Origin: Eledone cirrhosa
Lineage: Eukaryota
Assembly: GCA_964016885.1 (NCBI GenBank)
Contig: OZ024748.1
Location: forward strand, 45,384,001 to 45,448,000
Direction of reading: 5' to 3'
Length of the DNA stretch: 64,000 nt
Position 1 is the stretch's first letter, and every line of letters starts with the position of its first letter. The position numbers were made by a program, and so were the translations under genes. Shown piece by piece: positions 1 through 20,965 of this stretch. The notes beneath the pieces were generated by a model. The model ran no database searches. It had not been told where the DNA came from and saw nothing but the letters and a program-made list of their open reading frames with translations.

Positions 1-7896
<7,896 letters not shown>

Positions 7897-8139
7897 AGAT
7901 ATGCAGCGTAAGAAGTGCACAGCAGCTATTGAATGAAAAACATTTGATTTACAATAACTGTACAGATAAATTGAGAAATATATTTGTGTGTGGAATCCAT
8001 TTTGGTTCTCTCGACTTTCCATGACAGATCGGAATCGGGTTTTATGACAAAAGAATCTCATTTCTTTGAGTTACAATGATTTTTAGGTTTTTTTTCATTT
8101 TTACCGCGAATTCTGCGAAAAGAGTAAGACAGTAGACTG

Positions 8140-8315
8140 GAGGAGGAGGAGGAAGATGGGGGAGGGAGGGAGGGAGAAGGATGGCGAGAGGTGGGGGGGG
8201 GGGGGGGCTGACGGTGTAGTGGGAAAGAAGAAAGACGAAGAAGAAAAAAAAGTAGATGATGTAGAAGAATATGAGGATGATAACGATGAAGAAGAAGAAG
8301 GGAGCAGAGAGGAGA

Positions 8316-8385
<70 letters not shown>

Positions 8386-8450
8386 GAAGAAGAAGAAGAA
8401 GAAGAAGAAGATGATGATGATGTTGCAGTTGAAGAAGAAATTAGAAATGA
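8140..8450. repeat. Purine-rich compound microsatellite (GGA/GAA/AAT/GAT)
   Basis: (AAT)n at ~8318-8384 followed by (AAG)n and (GAT)n. Confidence 0.9.
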
Positions 8451-9028
8451 ATAGTTTTCTATTGAGATTAAGAAAAGGTGCAAAGAAATGTATTTTTCAT
8501 TCTATTAGTAAAAAAAAAGGTAATAAATATAAAAGAAATATAGAAAAAAAAGGGGAAATTGAAAAATGTCAAAAAAAAAAAAAGACGAAAATAAAACGAA
8601 CGAGAAAAATAAAAAAAAAGGGAAAAAATATTTTTTCGTTTTGTTAGTTTTTTTTCGAAATATGCCAAAAGACTTCTGACATCTGAAATTGCAATTTTTC
8701 TAAGAAAGCATTCATGGTCAGGACGGGATAAGGAACCGTTATCTTTACTGGTATACTTTGACATCTTCGATAGTAAGGATAGGATATTGATATAATAACA
8801 GAATTTGCCAATATTGAAAAATCATTAACCCACTACGAAACCCTTTCTGCCCTAACTATAAACGGAAAGAATAAAAAAAAGGTCAAATTATTCCCTACAC
8901 TTGTAAAAGCAGCGAATATATATATATATTTGCTCTACGGTTCTTATATATTTGATATATATTTATCCTTATCGAGCCCTCTTCGGATTTTAGTCTTCAA
9001 ATTTATTATTATTACTATAAATATATAA

Positions 9029-9201
<173 letters not shown>

Positions 9202-9202
9202 A

Positions 9203-9391
<189 letters not shown>

Positions 9392-9429
9392 AATGAAAAG
9401 TATTGTGAACGTGAAGCCAACAGTATTTC

Positions 9430-9459
<30 letters not shown>

Positions 9460-9460
<1 letters not shown>

Positions 9461-10663
9461 TTCGTTTCTGAATTTGTTTAGCAAGATTCTTTATCTGAAA
9501 TCGTGTGTTGAAACCGATATTGTTATACTTTGGGAGGGTCATGTTGCCAATAAGAAACACACGCACCAGTTGCTTTCACTTCAATTTAATTTATTAAATA
9601 TTTATAAATTTACAAATTTATAAATTTCTGGTTGGTTGGTTGGTTCCACTACCAGATAGTTGTTTATATATATATAGTCATAGTTCTTTCGTCACACACT
9701 CTGTGACCTCTTCAGTGACTGGGGATTTCGTTCTTCGTTTCTGTGTCTTTCCTTTCTTCTATCCTACGCCATTTTGTTTGTGTGTGGGTTGCGTGCTCAG
9801 TTTGCGCATGCGCCACATCCGGGTGTCTGTGTGTGTTTGTGTTCATTTTTCTATTTATCTATTTATATTTTTCTATTTGTTTGTTTATTTATTTATTTAT
9901 TGTTGGTTGGTTGTTTGTTCTATGTGTGTGTGTGTTTTCATTTTGTCCTTAATTGTAAGTTGTGATGTTGCTGTTCCACTCATATTTTCTATTTAATTTT
10001 GGTTTTAATTCTTTTATGCTTACTGCCTCTGTAATTTGCCTAAATTACAGGCAATTTTGCCTAAATTTTAGGCAAATTACAGAGGCAGTAAGCATAAAAG
10101 AATTAAAACCAAAATTAAATAGAAAATATGAGTGGAACAGCAACATCACAACTTACAATTAAGGACAAAATGAAAACACACACACACATAGAACAAACAA
10201 CTTACAATTGAAAACACACACAAAATGAAAACACACACAAGACAAAATGAAAACACACACACACATAGAACAAACAACCAACCAACAATAAATAAATAAA
10301 TAAACAAACAAATAGAAAAATATAAATAGATAAATAGAAAAATGAACACAAACACACACAGACACCCGGATGTGGCGCATGCGCAAACTGAGCACGCAAC
10401 CCACACACAAACAAAATGGCGTAGGATAGAAGAAAGGAAAGACACAGAAACGAAGAACGAAATCCCCAGTCACTGAAGAGGTCACAGAGTGTGTGACGAA
10501 AGAACTATGACTATATATATATAAACAACTATCTGGTTGTGGAACCAACCAACCAACCAGAAATTTATAAATTTGTAAATTTATAAATATTTAATAAATT
10601 AAATTGAAGTGAAAGCAACTGGTGCGTGTGTTTCTTATTGGCAACATGACCCTCCCAAAGTAT

Positions 10664-10670
<7 letters not shown>
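9460..10670 (-). mobile_element. Fold-back family A (PLE pLTR-derived), ~550-bp arms plus 57-nt tail
   Basis: 9517-~10045 is the reverse complement of ~10068-10670; 9460-9516 is unpaired; (TA)n on both sides; HHR motif in each arm. Confidence 0.85.
10468..10512 (+). ncRNA. Minimal type-I hammerhead motif, family A (mirror copy 9676-9720 on -)
   Basis: AGTCA-CTGAAGA-g-GTCACA gagtg TGTGAC-GAAA-GAAC-TA-TGACT: stem I AGTCA/TGACT, 6-bp stem II, 2-bp stem III. Confidence 0.7.
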
Positions 10671-10756
<86 letters not shown>

Positions 10757-10759
<3 letters not shown>

Positions 10760-10910
10760 CGTTTCTGATTTGTTCAGCAAGATTCTTTATCTGAAAACGT
10801 GTGTTGAAACCGATATTGTTATACTTTGGGAGGGTCATGTTGCCAATAAGAAACACACGCACCAGCGTGTGTTTCTTATTGGCAACATGACCCTCCCAAA
10901 GTATAACAAT
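10757..10910 (-). mobile_element. Family A mini fold-back (~48-bp arms plus the same tail)
   Basis: Tail identical to 9460-9516; centre ACACGC-ACCA-GCGTGT; inverted arm ends at GTATAACAATA(TA)n. Confidence 0.85.
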
Positions 10911-11050
10911 ATATATATATATGTATCTATGTAGGGAAAATAGTTGAAATCGAAAATGCAACTGGAGTTTTTTTAAGAATATTTATTTGGTTCCTTTACC
11001 GGTTTCGCAGTTTTTCAAAAGTAAAATTGAGATGTGGAGGGTTTGTGGTT

Positions 11051-11247
11051 TAACAAAGAAGGTTTGGTAAGCTACCAAGGTGGACCATAACGCACCAGAG
11101 TACTCGATACTTAGGGTAGTAGAGTGGGTAATATGAAAAGAGTCAGGACCACGACGGCTGAGCTCCGGCCGTTTCGACAGCTAGATCCGAACTCCAGCTG
11201 TCGAAACGGCCGGAGCTCAGCCATCAGGGTCTTGACTCTTTTCATAT
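11051..11247 (-). mobile_element. Family B short fold-back element (diverged)
   Basis: Homologous to 44651-44885; arms ~11132-11181 and ~11196-11247. Confidence 0.75.
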
Positions 11248-11249
11248 AT

Positions 11250-12011
11250 GTTGCTCGCACCAACCGGAGGTATATGGTCTTTAAAGCGATGAAATACCAA
11301 TGATGGTTGGAAGATCACTGATGAAGGACTAACTTTATTCATATGTAACCCATTTGCAACCACGCAGCACGTTTGTTCTCATATTCACACATATATTTCC
11401 CCCCCGTTGTGACCCGTCTATTTCGTTCTTACTGCTTCCTCTTTCTCTGTATCTTTACCCTCTCTAACAGTCACTCTCTCTGTTAGCCTCTTCCTCACCC
11501 TTCATTCACTCAATCTCTGCTACTACCTCTCCTACTTCCTCCCGTTTGACCTGTGCGTAATTGTTTTCTCTCGCACGCTTGGCCAGGCTGGTTCCCCTTT
11601 TCTCTCTCTTGTCTACGATTTCGCAGAACTTATGTTCATCGAATTCACGGACTGGACTCCTTCTTCCTCCCGTTTGACCTGTGCGGAATTCCTTCCTTGC
11701 TCACATTTCGACTAGGTTTGATGGTCTTTATTCTCTCTCGTTCACGATTTCACCGAACATATATTCATGGAAATCTGGGACTTGACTCTTTCCTCCTCAC
11801 CTTTCGTTGCTTTACAATCTTTGATTGTTTACACTCTCGCTCATTCCTTTTATTTACGTGTCCCAACGACTTTCTTTAGCCGTTGCTCGCACTAACCGGA
11901 GGTATATGGTCTTTAAAGCGATGAAATACCAATGATGGTTGGAAGATCACTGATGAAGTACTAAGTTTATTCATATGTAACCCATTTGCAGCCACGCAGC
12001 ACATTGTTCTC

Positions 12012-12013
<2 letters not shown>
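11250..12013. repeat. ~135-bp direct repeats (11250-11392, 11882-12013) flanking a pyrimidine-rich spacer
   Basis: GTTGCTCGCAC(C/T)AACCGGAGGTATATGGTC...TTGTTCTCAT present twice with few mismatches. Confidence 0.85.
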
Positions 12014-12470
<457 letters not shown>

Positions 12471-12496
12471 ATACTCGATATATATATATATGTGTA

Positions 12497-12600
12497 TACT
12501 CGATACTTGGGGTAGTAGAGTGGGTAATATGAAGGCTTCGGGACCCCGACGGCTGAGCTCCAGCTGTTTCAAATACTAGATCAGTTCGGGTCTAGCTGTT
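12497..12600 (-). mobile_element. Family B fragment
   Basis: GGTAGTAGAGTGGGTAAT...GACGGCTGAGCTC is shared with other B copies. Confidence 0.7.
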
Positions 12601-12858
12601 GGATATATATGCTTAGGTAGATATACGTAGATGACAGATCAAGGAAAACAGCGTTCAATCTTTTGGAGGAGAGCTTATTTACTCTAAACAAAGTTTCATA
12701 CACCTAACATGGATGTGCTACCATTGGTTTCAGAGTGCAGTTATTAAACAGGACCTCCTTCCGAAACAGCGAAACCTCCTCTACTTCCCCCACACCAACC
12801 GTGATCCTAATAGCAATTTGTGTTTTGTTTTATTTGTTCAATTATATATATATATATA

Positions 12859-12909
<51 letters not shown>

Positions 12910-12942
12910 AAGAACACAAGAGCGTCTACAACATCAAAAGAG

Positions 12943-13004
12943 TTTTATTGGCTAACAATGTTTCTTCCTTACGTGTAACCGTAGGATTCATCATAGCTAT
13001 AAAA
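12943..13004 (-). ncRNA. Degenerate hammerhead motif in a (TA)n-bounded island
   Basis: Minus strand: TAGCT-aTGATGA-a-TCCTACG..CGTAAGGA-a-GAAACATTGT-T-AGCCA; first core C is mutated. Confidence 0.45.
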
Positions 13005-13043
13005 GGGGTTTGATTGGTGTTATGGACTCTACCAACCAAACAC

Positions 13044-13122
<79 letters not shown>

Positions 13123-13124
<2 letters not shown>

Positions 13125-13540
13125 TTACAGTAATCAAAGTTCAGTTTAAGTCATTTATTTGCTTACAATTGTTTCCTCAAACCGAGGTTTGGATTCTTCG
13201 GAGCAGTTATTTATAACATACTTGACCTCCTTTTCAACCCAAGAGACACATAAAACATATATGCATATTGATCAACAGTGGGGTGACATTCATCAAGTGA
13301 AATAGCATGGCAATTTACATATAAAGTGTTACATGATAAAAATAAAGTGTTACATGATAACTGTAATCTCTATATAACTGCTCTGTATAACAACTGATGT
13401 TATTACATTGAGCTATTTATCTTACTGGTAATAGGATAGTAATTAAAGACTATCTCTCACTATTTAGGGTTTGTGTATATATAATATATTACCATCTAAG
13501 GTTTTATTGCATACATAACCATAAATAGAACCCTTAATAC
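13123..13540 (+). mobile_element. Fold-back family C copy (HHR motif 13161-13204 on -)
   Basis: Homologous to 28254-28840, 30561-30796 and 61238-61976; GATTACAGTAATCA is inverted at 13355-13368. Confidence 0.75.
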
Positions 13541-13673
13541 TATATATATATATATATATTTATTTATGTAATAAACAACATAAGGCAATTATTCCATTTA
13601 CCAGTGGTTTCTTAAAAGCAAAAGATTTTGCTTTCAGTCCTCAGAATGAAAAAATTTCCGACGGAATTACTTC

Positions 13674-14283
<610 letters not shown>

Positions 14284-14420
14284 GACACACATATGTATAT
14301 ATGTATCCCTACTAAATCACGCGTAAAACTAATGTTTCTGCATTTCATTGTGCCGTTTGCTTTTGCATTTCTGTTTGCATTATGCATACACAAACTCACA
14401 CACACACGCACGCACACACG

Positions 14421-14465
<45 letters not shown>

Positions 14466-14475
14466 ACACACACAC

Positions 14476-14560
<85 letters not shown>

Positions 14561-14869
14561 CATATATATGTGCGTGTGTATAAAGCGAGTCATTTTAAAC
14601 TGTTCCATGTCAGAGTGTAATGTTAATAATATGTGTTGTCATTTTTTCAGGACGAGCTGGAATATTTTTATTCACGTGTCAGAAAATGGCCAACTCATAT
14701 TTATTATTTCTTTTAGTTGTTTTTGCAACTCATATATAGATACAACTTCTTCATTCAAATTCTGCATGTCATTTATATTTTTATAGCCATTCCCGTTGCT
14801 TTTCCTTCCGTCTCTCCGTAGATCCTTCTCTCTCTCTCACCCTCTCTTTCTTTTTTTCTCTCTCTCTCT

Positions 14870-14965
<96 letters not shown>

Positions 14966-14966
14966 T

Positions 14967-15127
14967 GGGTTGTAACATACATTCTCGCCGTTGTTATAAA
15001 ACTTCTTCATAAAAGAACGGCGGGAATCTATGTTACAACCCTATATATAGCCGTTTCGACGGCTATTTCTGGACAGAAATAGCCGTCGAAACGGCTTGAG
15101 CTCTGCCGTCGAGGTTAAACATTTTCC

Positions 15128-15159
<32 letters not shown>

Positions 15160-15216
15160 AAGGGGAAAGACACAGAAGAGTGTGTTTTTCTTTACACACT
15201 TCTGTGTCTTTCCCCT
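14967..15216. repeat. Three micro-hairpins separated by (TA)n
   Basis: 14967-15041 (26-bp arms), 15048-15128 (B-like), 15161-15216 (arms resemble family A TTCTGTGTCTTTCC). Confidence 0.75.
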
Positions 15217-15387
15217 CTATATATTGTATTTTAAGTGCCCAGGAAAACTCTTTCCTTTGATTTCATTTAATTACAAGGTTATACGCGAGTCCTTTGCTCC
15301 GTTATTTTACTATATATATATATATATCATCATCATCACCGTTTTACGTCCGTTCTTCCATATATATATATATATATTTATATAAAT

Positions 15388-15750
15388 ATAATTTCAGCGA
15401 GATCGGATTTCGGCTATGGTCGAAAACAAAATGAAACGCAATATCCGAGTTATGCTGGCAAGCGCTCCATGGGCCAAATAAAGACCAGAGCAATAAACAT
15501 AAGGTATAAAGGCCAAAGAAACTCAGTTGGCGGTCAAGAAGCCATCAACCCCCTAAGCCAAAAAGACGAGGCAAGCCAGACAGGTCAAACAAAATAATTG
15601 AATATTTATCCGGACCCTAGGAAAAGATGGTATAATCTAATAAAGGGTTTCTGCGACACCTAAATCAATTATACTGCCTGCTTAAATAATAAGCTTTTGG
15701 TATAATGATCGAACAAGGCTGTCACTTTGTCAACAGGTATTTTGTTCTAC
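15388..15750. repeat. Unclassified dispersed repeat; inverted homologue at ~51490-51851
   Basis: Collinear shared blocks ATTTCGGCT, TGGCAAGCGCTC, AAAGGCCAAA, GGTCAAACAAA, CCGGACCC, GGGTTTCTGCGAC.CCTAAATCAA, GAACAAGG. Confidence 0.7.
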
Positions 15751-15953
15751 GTCAGCATGCAGGAGCACGCTGTGGTATGTAGTAGTAAAACCACGTGAGT
15801 AACTCTGCAAGGGAGAAAACCTCAGATCATGGCAGATGAGTTCAGTAAGTCTAAAATTAATGCAATAATTGCAAAAACTGCACAAATCGAATTAAGCTCT
15901 CGACCGGATAGTTTTTAAAATAAACTTAAGCAATTAATCAGTTAATAGGATTA

Positions 15954-16021
<68 letters not shown>

Positions 16022-16122
16022 GTATAAATAAAATTCTATTTAGCAATGAAAGACTACCGTCCAAAGCGTTGAGAATCCTTTAGTATTCTGAATTTAAATA
16101 TGCATATATTATATATATATAG

Positions 16123-16197
<75 letters not shown>

Positions 16198-16237
16198 CAT
16201 ACACACATACATATATGTATATATATTTATCTATCTA

Positions 16238-16271
<34 letters not shown>

Positions 16272-16590
16272 TTATTTATAAATATATACATGCATATTTG
16301 ATACAATCAACAAGGAATGGTTAGCTGATAACTTTAGTTATTCATTTATAAATGTTAAATAATTGTAGAATAATGATTTTTTTTTAAATTCGACTAGCGG
16401 AGATAATTTATGATAATTTATGCAGCCATGTTCTGTTCCATTCTTCTGGATAATGGCAACAAAAGGCGCATACAGAAATAAATGATAAAAATAACATAAA
16501 AATAAATAAAATCAGCAGCATTACATTTAACAAAAAAAATAAATAAATAACATGTTCAAAAACATCCATCAATGAAGCAAACTATAATAG

Positions 16591-16676
<86 letters not shown>

Positions 16677-16680
16677 TAAA

Positions 16681-16916
16681 GGATTTGGAACTGCCATGAA
16701 GTCAAAGTGATCCCGATTGTCATAGGCGCACTGGGGACTATCTCCAAAGGTTTCCAGGGATGGTTAAAGAAAATCGGCCCCTTCACGCCTTTTGGAACGC
16801 TTCAAAAGGCATGCTTGCTTGGAACAGCAAGAACCCTCCGATACGTCCTGAATATCTGAGGCTGCAGGTAGTGGCTTGATATTCAATCCAACGGACTTTC
16901 CAGTTAACCAACATCA
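16681..16916 (+). mobile_element. R4/Dong-like RLE LINE 3' fragment in (TAA)n
   Basis: Frame 16683-16859 reads IWNCHEVKVIPIVIGALGTISK...LQKACLLGTARTLRYVL*, the typical C-terminus of R4/Dong RLE domains. Confidence 0.8.
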
Positions 16917-16959
16917 ATGACTGAGATTCAAGGAATAATAATAACAATAATAATAATAA

Positions 16960-17268
16960 TAATAATAGGCGCTCTAGGAATGATACCTAAGGGGTCTAAT
17001 GATTACTTATCGCAAATCCCAGGAAACCCGCGTATAGGAGAAATACAAAAGATAGTACTAATGGGAACTGCCCATATACTAAGGAAGATTCTGTCAATAT
17101 AAGTACATCACAAGTCTAAACACCTAAAGATGCATGTGTGTGTATGTATGTTCTTTCTTGAACATGGCGGACCTTGTTGTCTCTTGAAGTCACTGGTTGT
17201 GACTTGGTGATAACTCGTATGAACATAAAGCAAGATAAATGCAACTATAATAATAATAATAATAATAA
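16960..17268 (+). mobile_element. Second R4/Dong-like 3' fragment with 3'UTR and (TAA)n tail
   Basis: IIGALGMIPK...IQKIVLMGTAHILRKILSI* (stop 17102); (TAA)n on both sides. Confidence 0.8.
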
Positions 17269-17270
17269 TT

Positions 17271-17430
17271 TTAGATGTTCAGATGGAGAGAAACAACCTG
17301 CACAAATACGTGACTGACAGTAGGGAGCCAATGCTCTAGAATTGTACTGAAGGAGAGGACAATAGACTAGGGGATGTCCAAGGAGGAAATAACAAGGAGG
17401 AAGAACAACCTTCATGAAAAAATCCTTTCA
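17271..17430 (+). pseudogene. Possible third R4/Dong-like internal fragment
   Basis: LDVQMERNNLHKYVTDSREPML* resembles the post-RT region of Dong-like ORFs; starts at (TAA)n. Confidence 0.35.
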
Positions 17431-17504
17431 TAGTACCTTCTTTAAGAAAACTGAATTTAGAGATCCACATACATGAGGGGGTCCTGCGCGAACTAGGATG
17501 CGTA

Positions 17505-19128
17505 AGATCCGTGTCAGCATATGCGGACGATCTCACCGTAGTGGTGTCGAACGCCAAACACACCGAGGCGATCGACACTACACTAAGAGAATACGAAGCG
17601 GTGACAGGAGCAATGATCAACCAGGAAAAGTCGGTGGGCCTGCAGCCCGGCACCTGGAGAGGCAGGTCCATACCGTCCAACGGCGTCGTCGGGCGCTGGA
17701 CGGACGGACCGGTAAATTGCTAGGGGTCTGGTTCCGTCCGGACCTCCAGACGGACAAAAACTGGGACGAGGTGACGAGCAGGGTGGCTTCTCTCACCCAG
17801 AAATGGGCGGAGAGGAAGCTATCCCTGAAAGGTCGAGCGGAGGTGACTAACGCGTACATCGCGTCTGTCATCTACTACCGCCTGACCGTCGTGCCTTGTC
17901 CTGACTGCGCTGGAGCGTTTGCTCTTTCGCTTTTTGTGGAAGGGACGCGCCCCGATGGTCTCGGCGGTCCATCTGCTGTCAACACCCGCTACGTGGAGGG
18001 CTGGGCATACCGTGGCTGATGATGCGCAGACACGCGCTCAGGCTATGACATCTCCACCTCTTTTTCAACGGGGATCAGGTGTGGTCACCGTTTGCTAGAC
18101 GCGTCTTTCCCCAGCTCATCTCCTTGACGGAGCTGCAGTCCTGGGTCAAGCGAAGACCGAGAGGGAGCGCTTGGAGACTGGAATGTCTTCAGGCACTCAC
18201 AACCCTCGACCAATCGGGCAATGTGATCGGTGGAAACTCAACCTTGGCGTTCGATAGAGGATTAGTGGAGGGGAAGAGCGACGACGTACTTGGGGAAACT
18301 CTAGGCGTCGACGAAAATCAACTAGCCAATCTCTTTGGAAGAACTTTCGGGCCGGAGCCTATGGACAACTTCCCGAAATCGCTGGCCTGGCAGTGCTACC
18401 GAGGAGCTTTGCCAGTTCGGGATAAACTCTACAGGCATGGAGGTGCCGTCAGCTGGGCATGTCCGAGATGCGCGCAGGGCGACGAAACCGTCCTGCATGC
18501 ACTCGTCCAGTGTCCGAGCATTGCTGACTTGTGGGTTTATGTCGAACACCTGCTGTCGCGTGTAGAACGGATCCGACTATCAGCTGAGTCCATCATGAGC
18601 ATTGCCCCACCCTCTTCCTTTAGCCAGGAAGGGCAGGCAATTTTAATCTATCTGGTGGCCATGGCGAAATAGATAGTATGGTGGTCGCGTCTGAAAGGGC
18701 TGAAGACGAGCACTTACCTCTTCGGTGATGCCCTGATTAACTTTTTCCAATTTGATTTGAAAAGGAAAATCAGGGTAGAGAGGGAAGTGCTCTCTTCCCA
18801 GCATTTTGTTGAAAGATGGGTGAGAGAGGCAAGCATGACCCGAGTGAGTGGACATACTCTGAGTATATGCCTGTAAATTGAAGGTGGAAAACTGGGAGAG
18901 GACATTTGCCCTGGTGGTCAGGGTCACCGTGCCTTTTTTTAATGGGCTTTCTCCACGATGGCCCTCGGAAGTCTCCCCCCTATTGGGAAATTTTTCATTG
19001 TTATATTTTTTTTACATCCTCTGTTTTTGTTTTTTTACACGCAGAAATGCCCATTTGTACCGTCCTGTATTGTTCTGTACTGTCCTTAATGTCTACTTTA
19101 TGTAAACCCTTGTGGTTAATAAAGAAAG

Positions 19129-19165
<37 letters not shown>
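17505..19165 (+). mobile_element. 5'-truncated, frameshifted Tx1/L1-type LINE with (ATT)n tail
   Basis: Frames give SAYADD, LLGVWF, LSLKGRAEV and CPRC..ETVLHALVQC, collinear with ORF2 at 22877-26314; ends AATAAAGAAAGC(ATT)n. Confidence 0.92.
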
Positions 19166-19406
19166 GTCTTTTGTGTAGTTTTCGCCACGAGTAACCCTCA
19201 GAGATTTCCCCCCTATTGGGGAATTTTTCATTGTTTCAATTTTCATTTTTATTGTTTATATATATGTTTCTATGTCCTTTTTTTCTTTTCTTATATAAAT
19301 AATAAAAATATTTACACGCACAAAACCCACATCGTACCGTCCTGTACCGTCCTGTGCCGTCTGTAATATTTTTTCTTGATGTCAGCCCTTGTGGCCATTA
19401 AAGAAA

Positions 19407-19458
<52 letters not shown>
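19166..19458 (+). mobile_element. 3'UTR-only copy of the (ATT)n-tailed Tx1 family
   Basis: Repeats CCCCCTATTGGG..TTTTTCATTGTT and GTACCGTCCTGT; ends ATTAAAGAAATC(ATT)n. Confidence 0.85.
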
Positions 19459-19601
19459 GGTATTTTCTAGAAATGTGTAGACGTGAAGAGAAGGAAGCAT
19501 GTCAGATGAGAGCAAGAGCAATTGGGAAGAAGATGGAGTATGGTGGGAGGGAGAGAAGGAGAGAGACAAGTGTGTATTTGTGTGTGCGTGTATGTGTATG
19601 T

Positions 19602-19644
<43 letters not shown>

Positions 19645-19755
19645 GAGGAGACAGAGGAGAGGAGAGAAGAAAGAGAGAGAGAGACGGAAAAAGAGAGAGG
19701 GAAGGAAAGACAGAAGGAGAGATATATATATAGAGAGAAACGAATTCATAATGAT

Positions 19756-19790
<35 letters not shown>

Positions 19791-19959
19791 AGGATAGAAA
19801 GAGATAGAGATGGATAGATAGATGAAGATAGATAGATAGATATAGAGAGAGAGAGTAAGAGAGAGAAAGAGATAGATAGATAGATAAATAGAAATAAATA
19901 AATAAAGAGAGATAACGAGAATAAAAGAGAGAGAGAGAGCTAGAAAGTGAGAGATAGAG

Positions 19960-20012
<53 letters not shown>

Positions 20013-20429
20013 GAGAGAGAGAGAGAGAGAGAGCTAGAAAGTGAGAGAGAGAGAGAGGACGTCATTGAAGCACAATATCTAGTTAGCACGTCATTAAATA
20101 TGAGTTTAGCAACTGGAATAATTTATTCCCGACTATACAGGAACGGCTTTTTTTTAAATTTATGTCTACGTCAGAAATGAGATAGGGCAACGTCCTTGAA
20201 CTTATTTCAGCGTCTCTAAGGTTGGTTAGGTGTAAAAATAAAGAGAATAAAAATCCTCAACTCATGGGAATACTCTGAAACCGAAAACTTAGTCCAGCTG
20301 CTGCAAACAGTTTCAACTCAATCGACAAAGACTGTGGTGTTAAACTGGGACGTACTTTGGATAGGATTCCATTTACTCGAACTATTAATACGAGTAAGAA
20401 ATCTTATCCCATCTATCTATCTATCTATC

Positions 20430-20677
20430 TCTCTACATTGTTCTGTAGGTGAAGAAGTGAAGAGGAAAGGGGGAGCGCCTCCTCTCTGGGCTTCCCCCGC
20501 GAAAAGGGTTGCACACTTTTCGGGGGTATGTGCAATCCCCAACACGCCCCCTCCCTTTTGAGGACTTTTTATTATTATATTATTATTGTTATTCCTCTTT
20601 TCTTTACTCGATTTATGTAAACTCCCCCACTGTGTATTTATCCCCTTCTTTTGTGCCCGCGTGGCAAATAAATAGAA

Positions 20678-20730
<53 letters not shown>
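20430..20730 (+). mobile_element. 3'-end-only copy of the (TCTA)n Tx1 family
   Basis: Homologous to 26296-26529; (TCTA)n on both sides. Confidence 0.88.
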
Positions 20731-20965
20731 AAGAATCTAGCTGTCGTCTGTTCTACAGTGTGGATGTCATTCACTTCGCACAGAAGTTTTGTTCAAATTT
20801 ATTGAGGAAATTTTGTGAGTTCAAACTTAATTTTGATACAATTGTGTAGCTTGACCCTCCGTCTGAACTGTCAGGCGGTGGGTCAGCTCATCTTTACCCC
20901 TCCTAGAGGTGAAAAACCTGTTTTAAAAAAAATTTTGTGTAAAAAATTTCAATCGTCTAACAGAA

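Noticed and set aside
8156-8647. Acidic/poly-N/poly-K 163-aa ORF
   Set aside because: Concatenated triplet repeats and A-runs with no domain.
9640-10548. Duplicated hydrophobic ORFs on opposite strands
   Set aside because: A by-product of the inverted repeat and T-rich composition.
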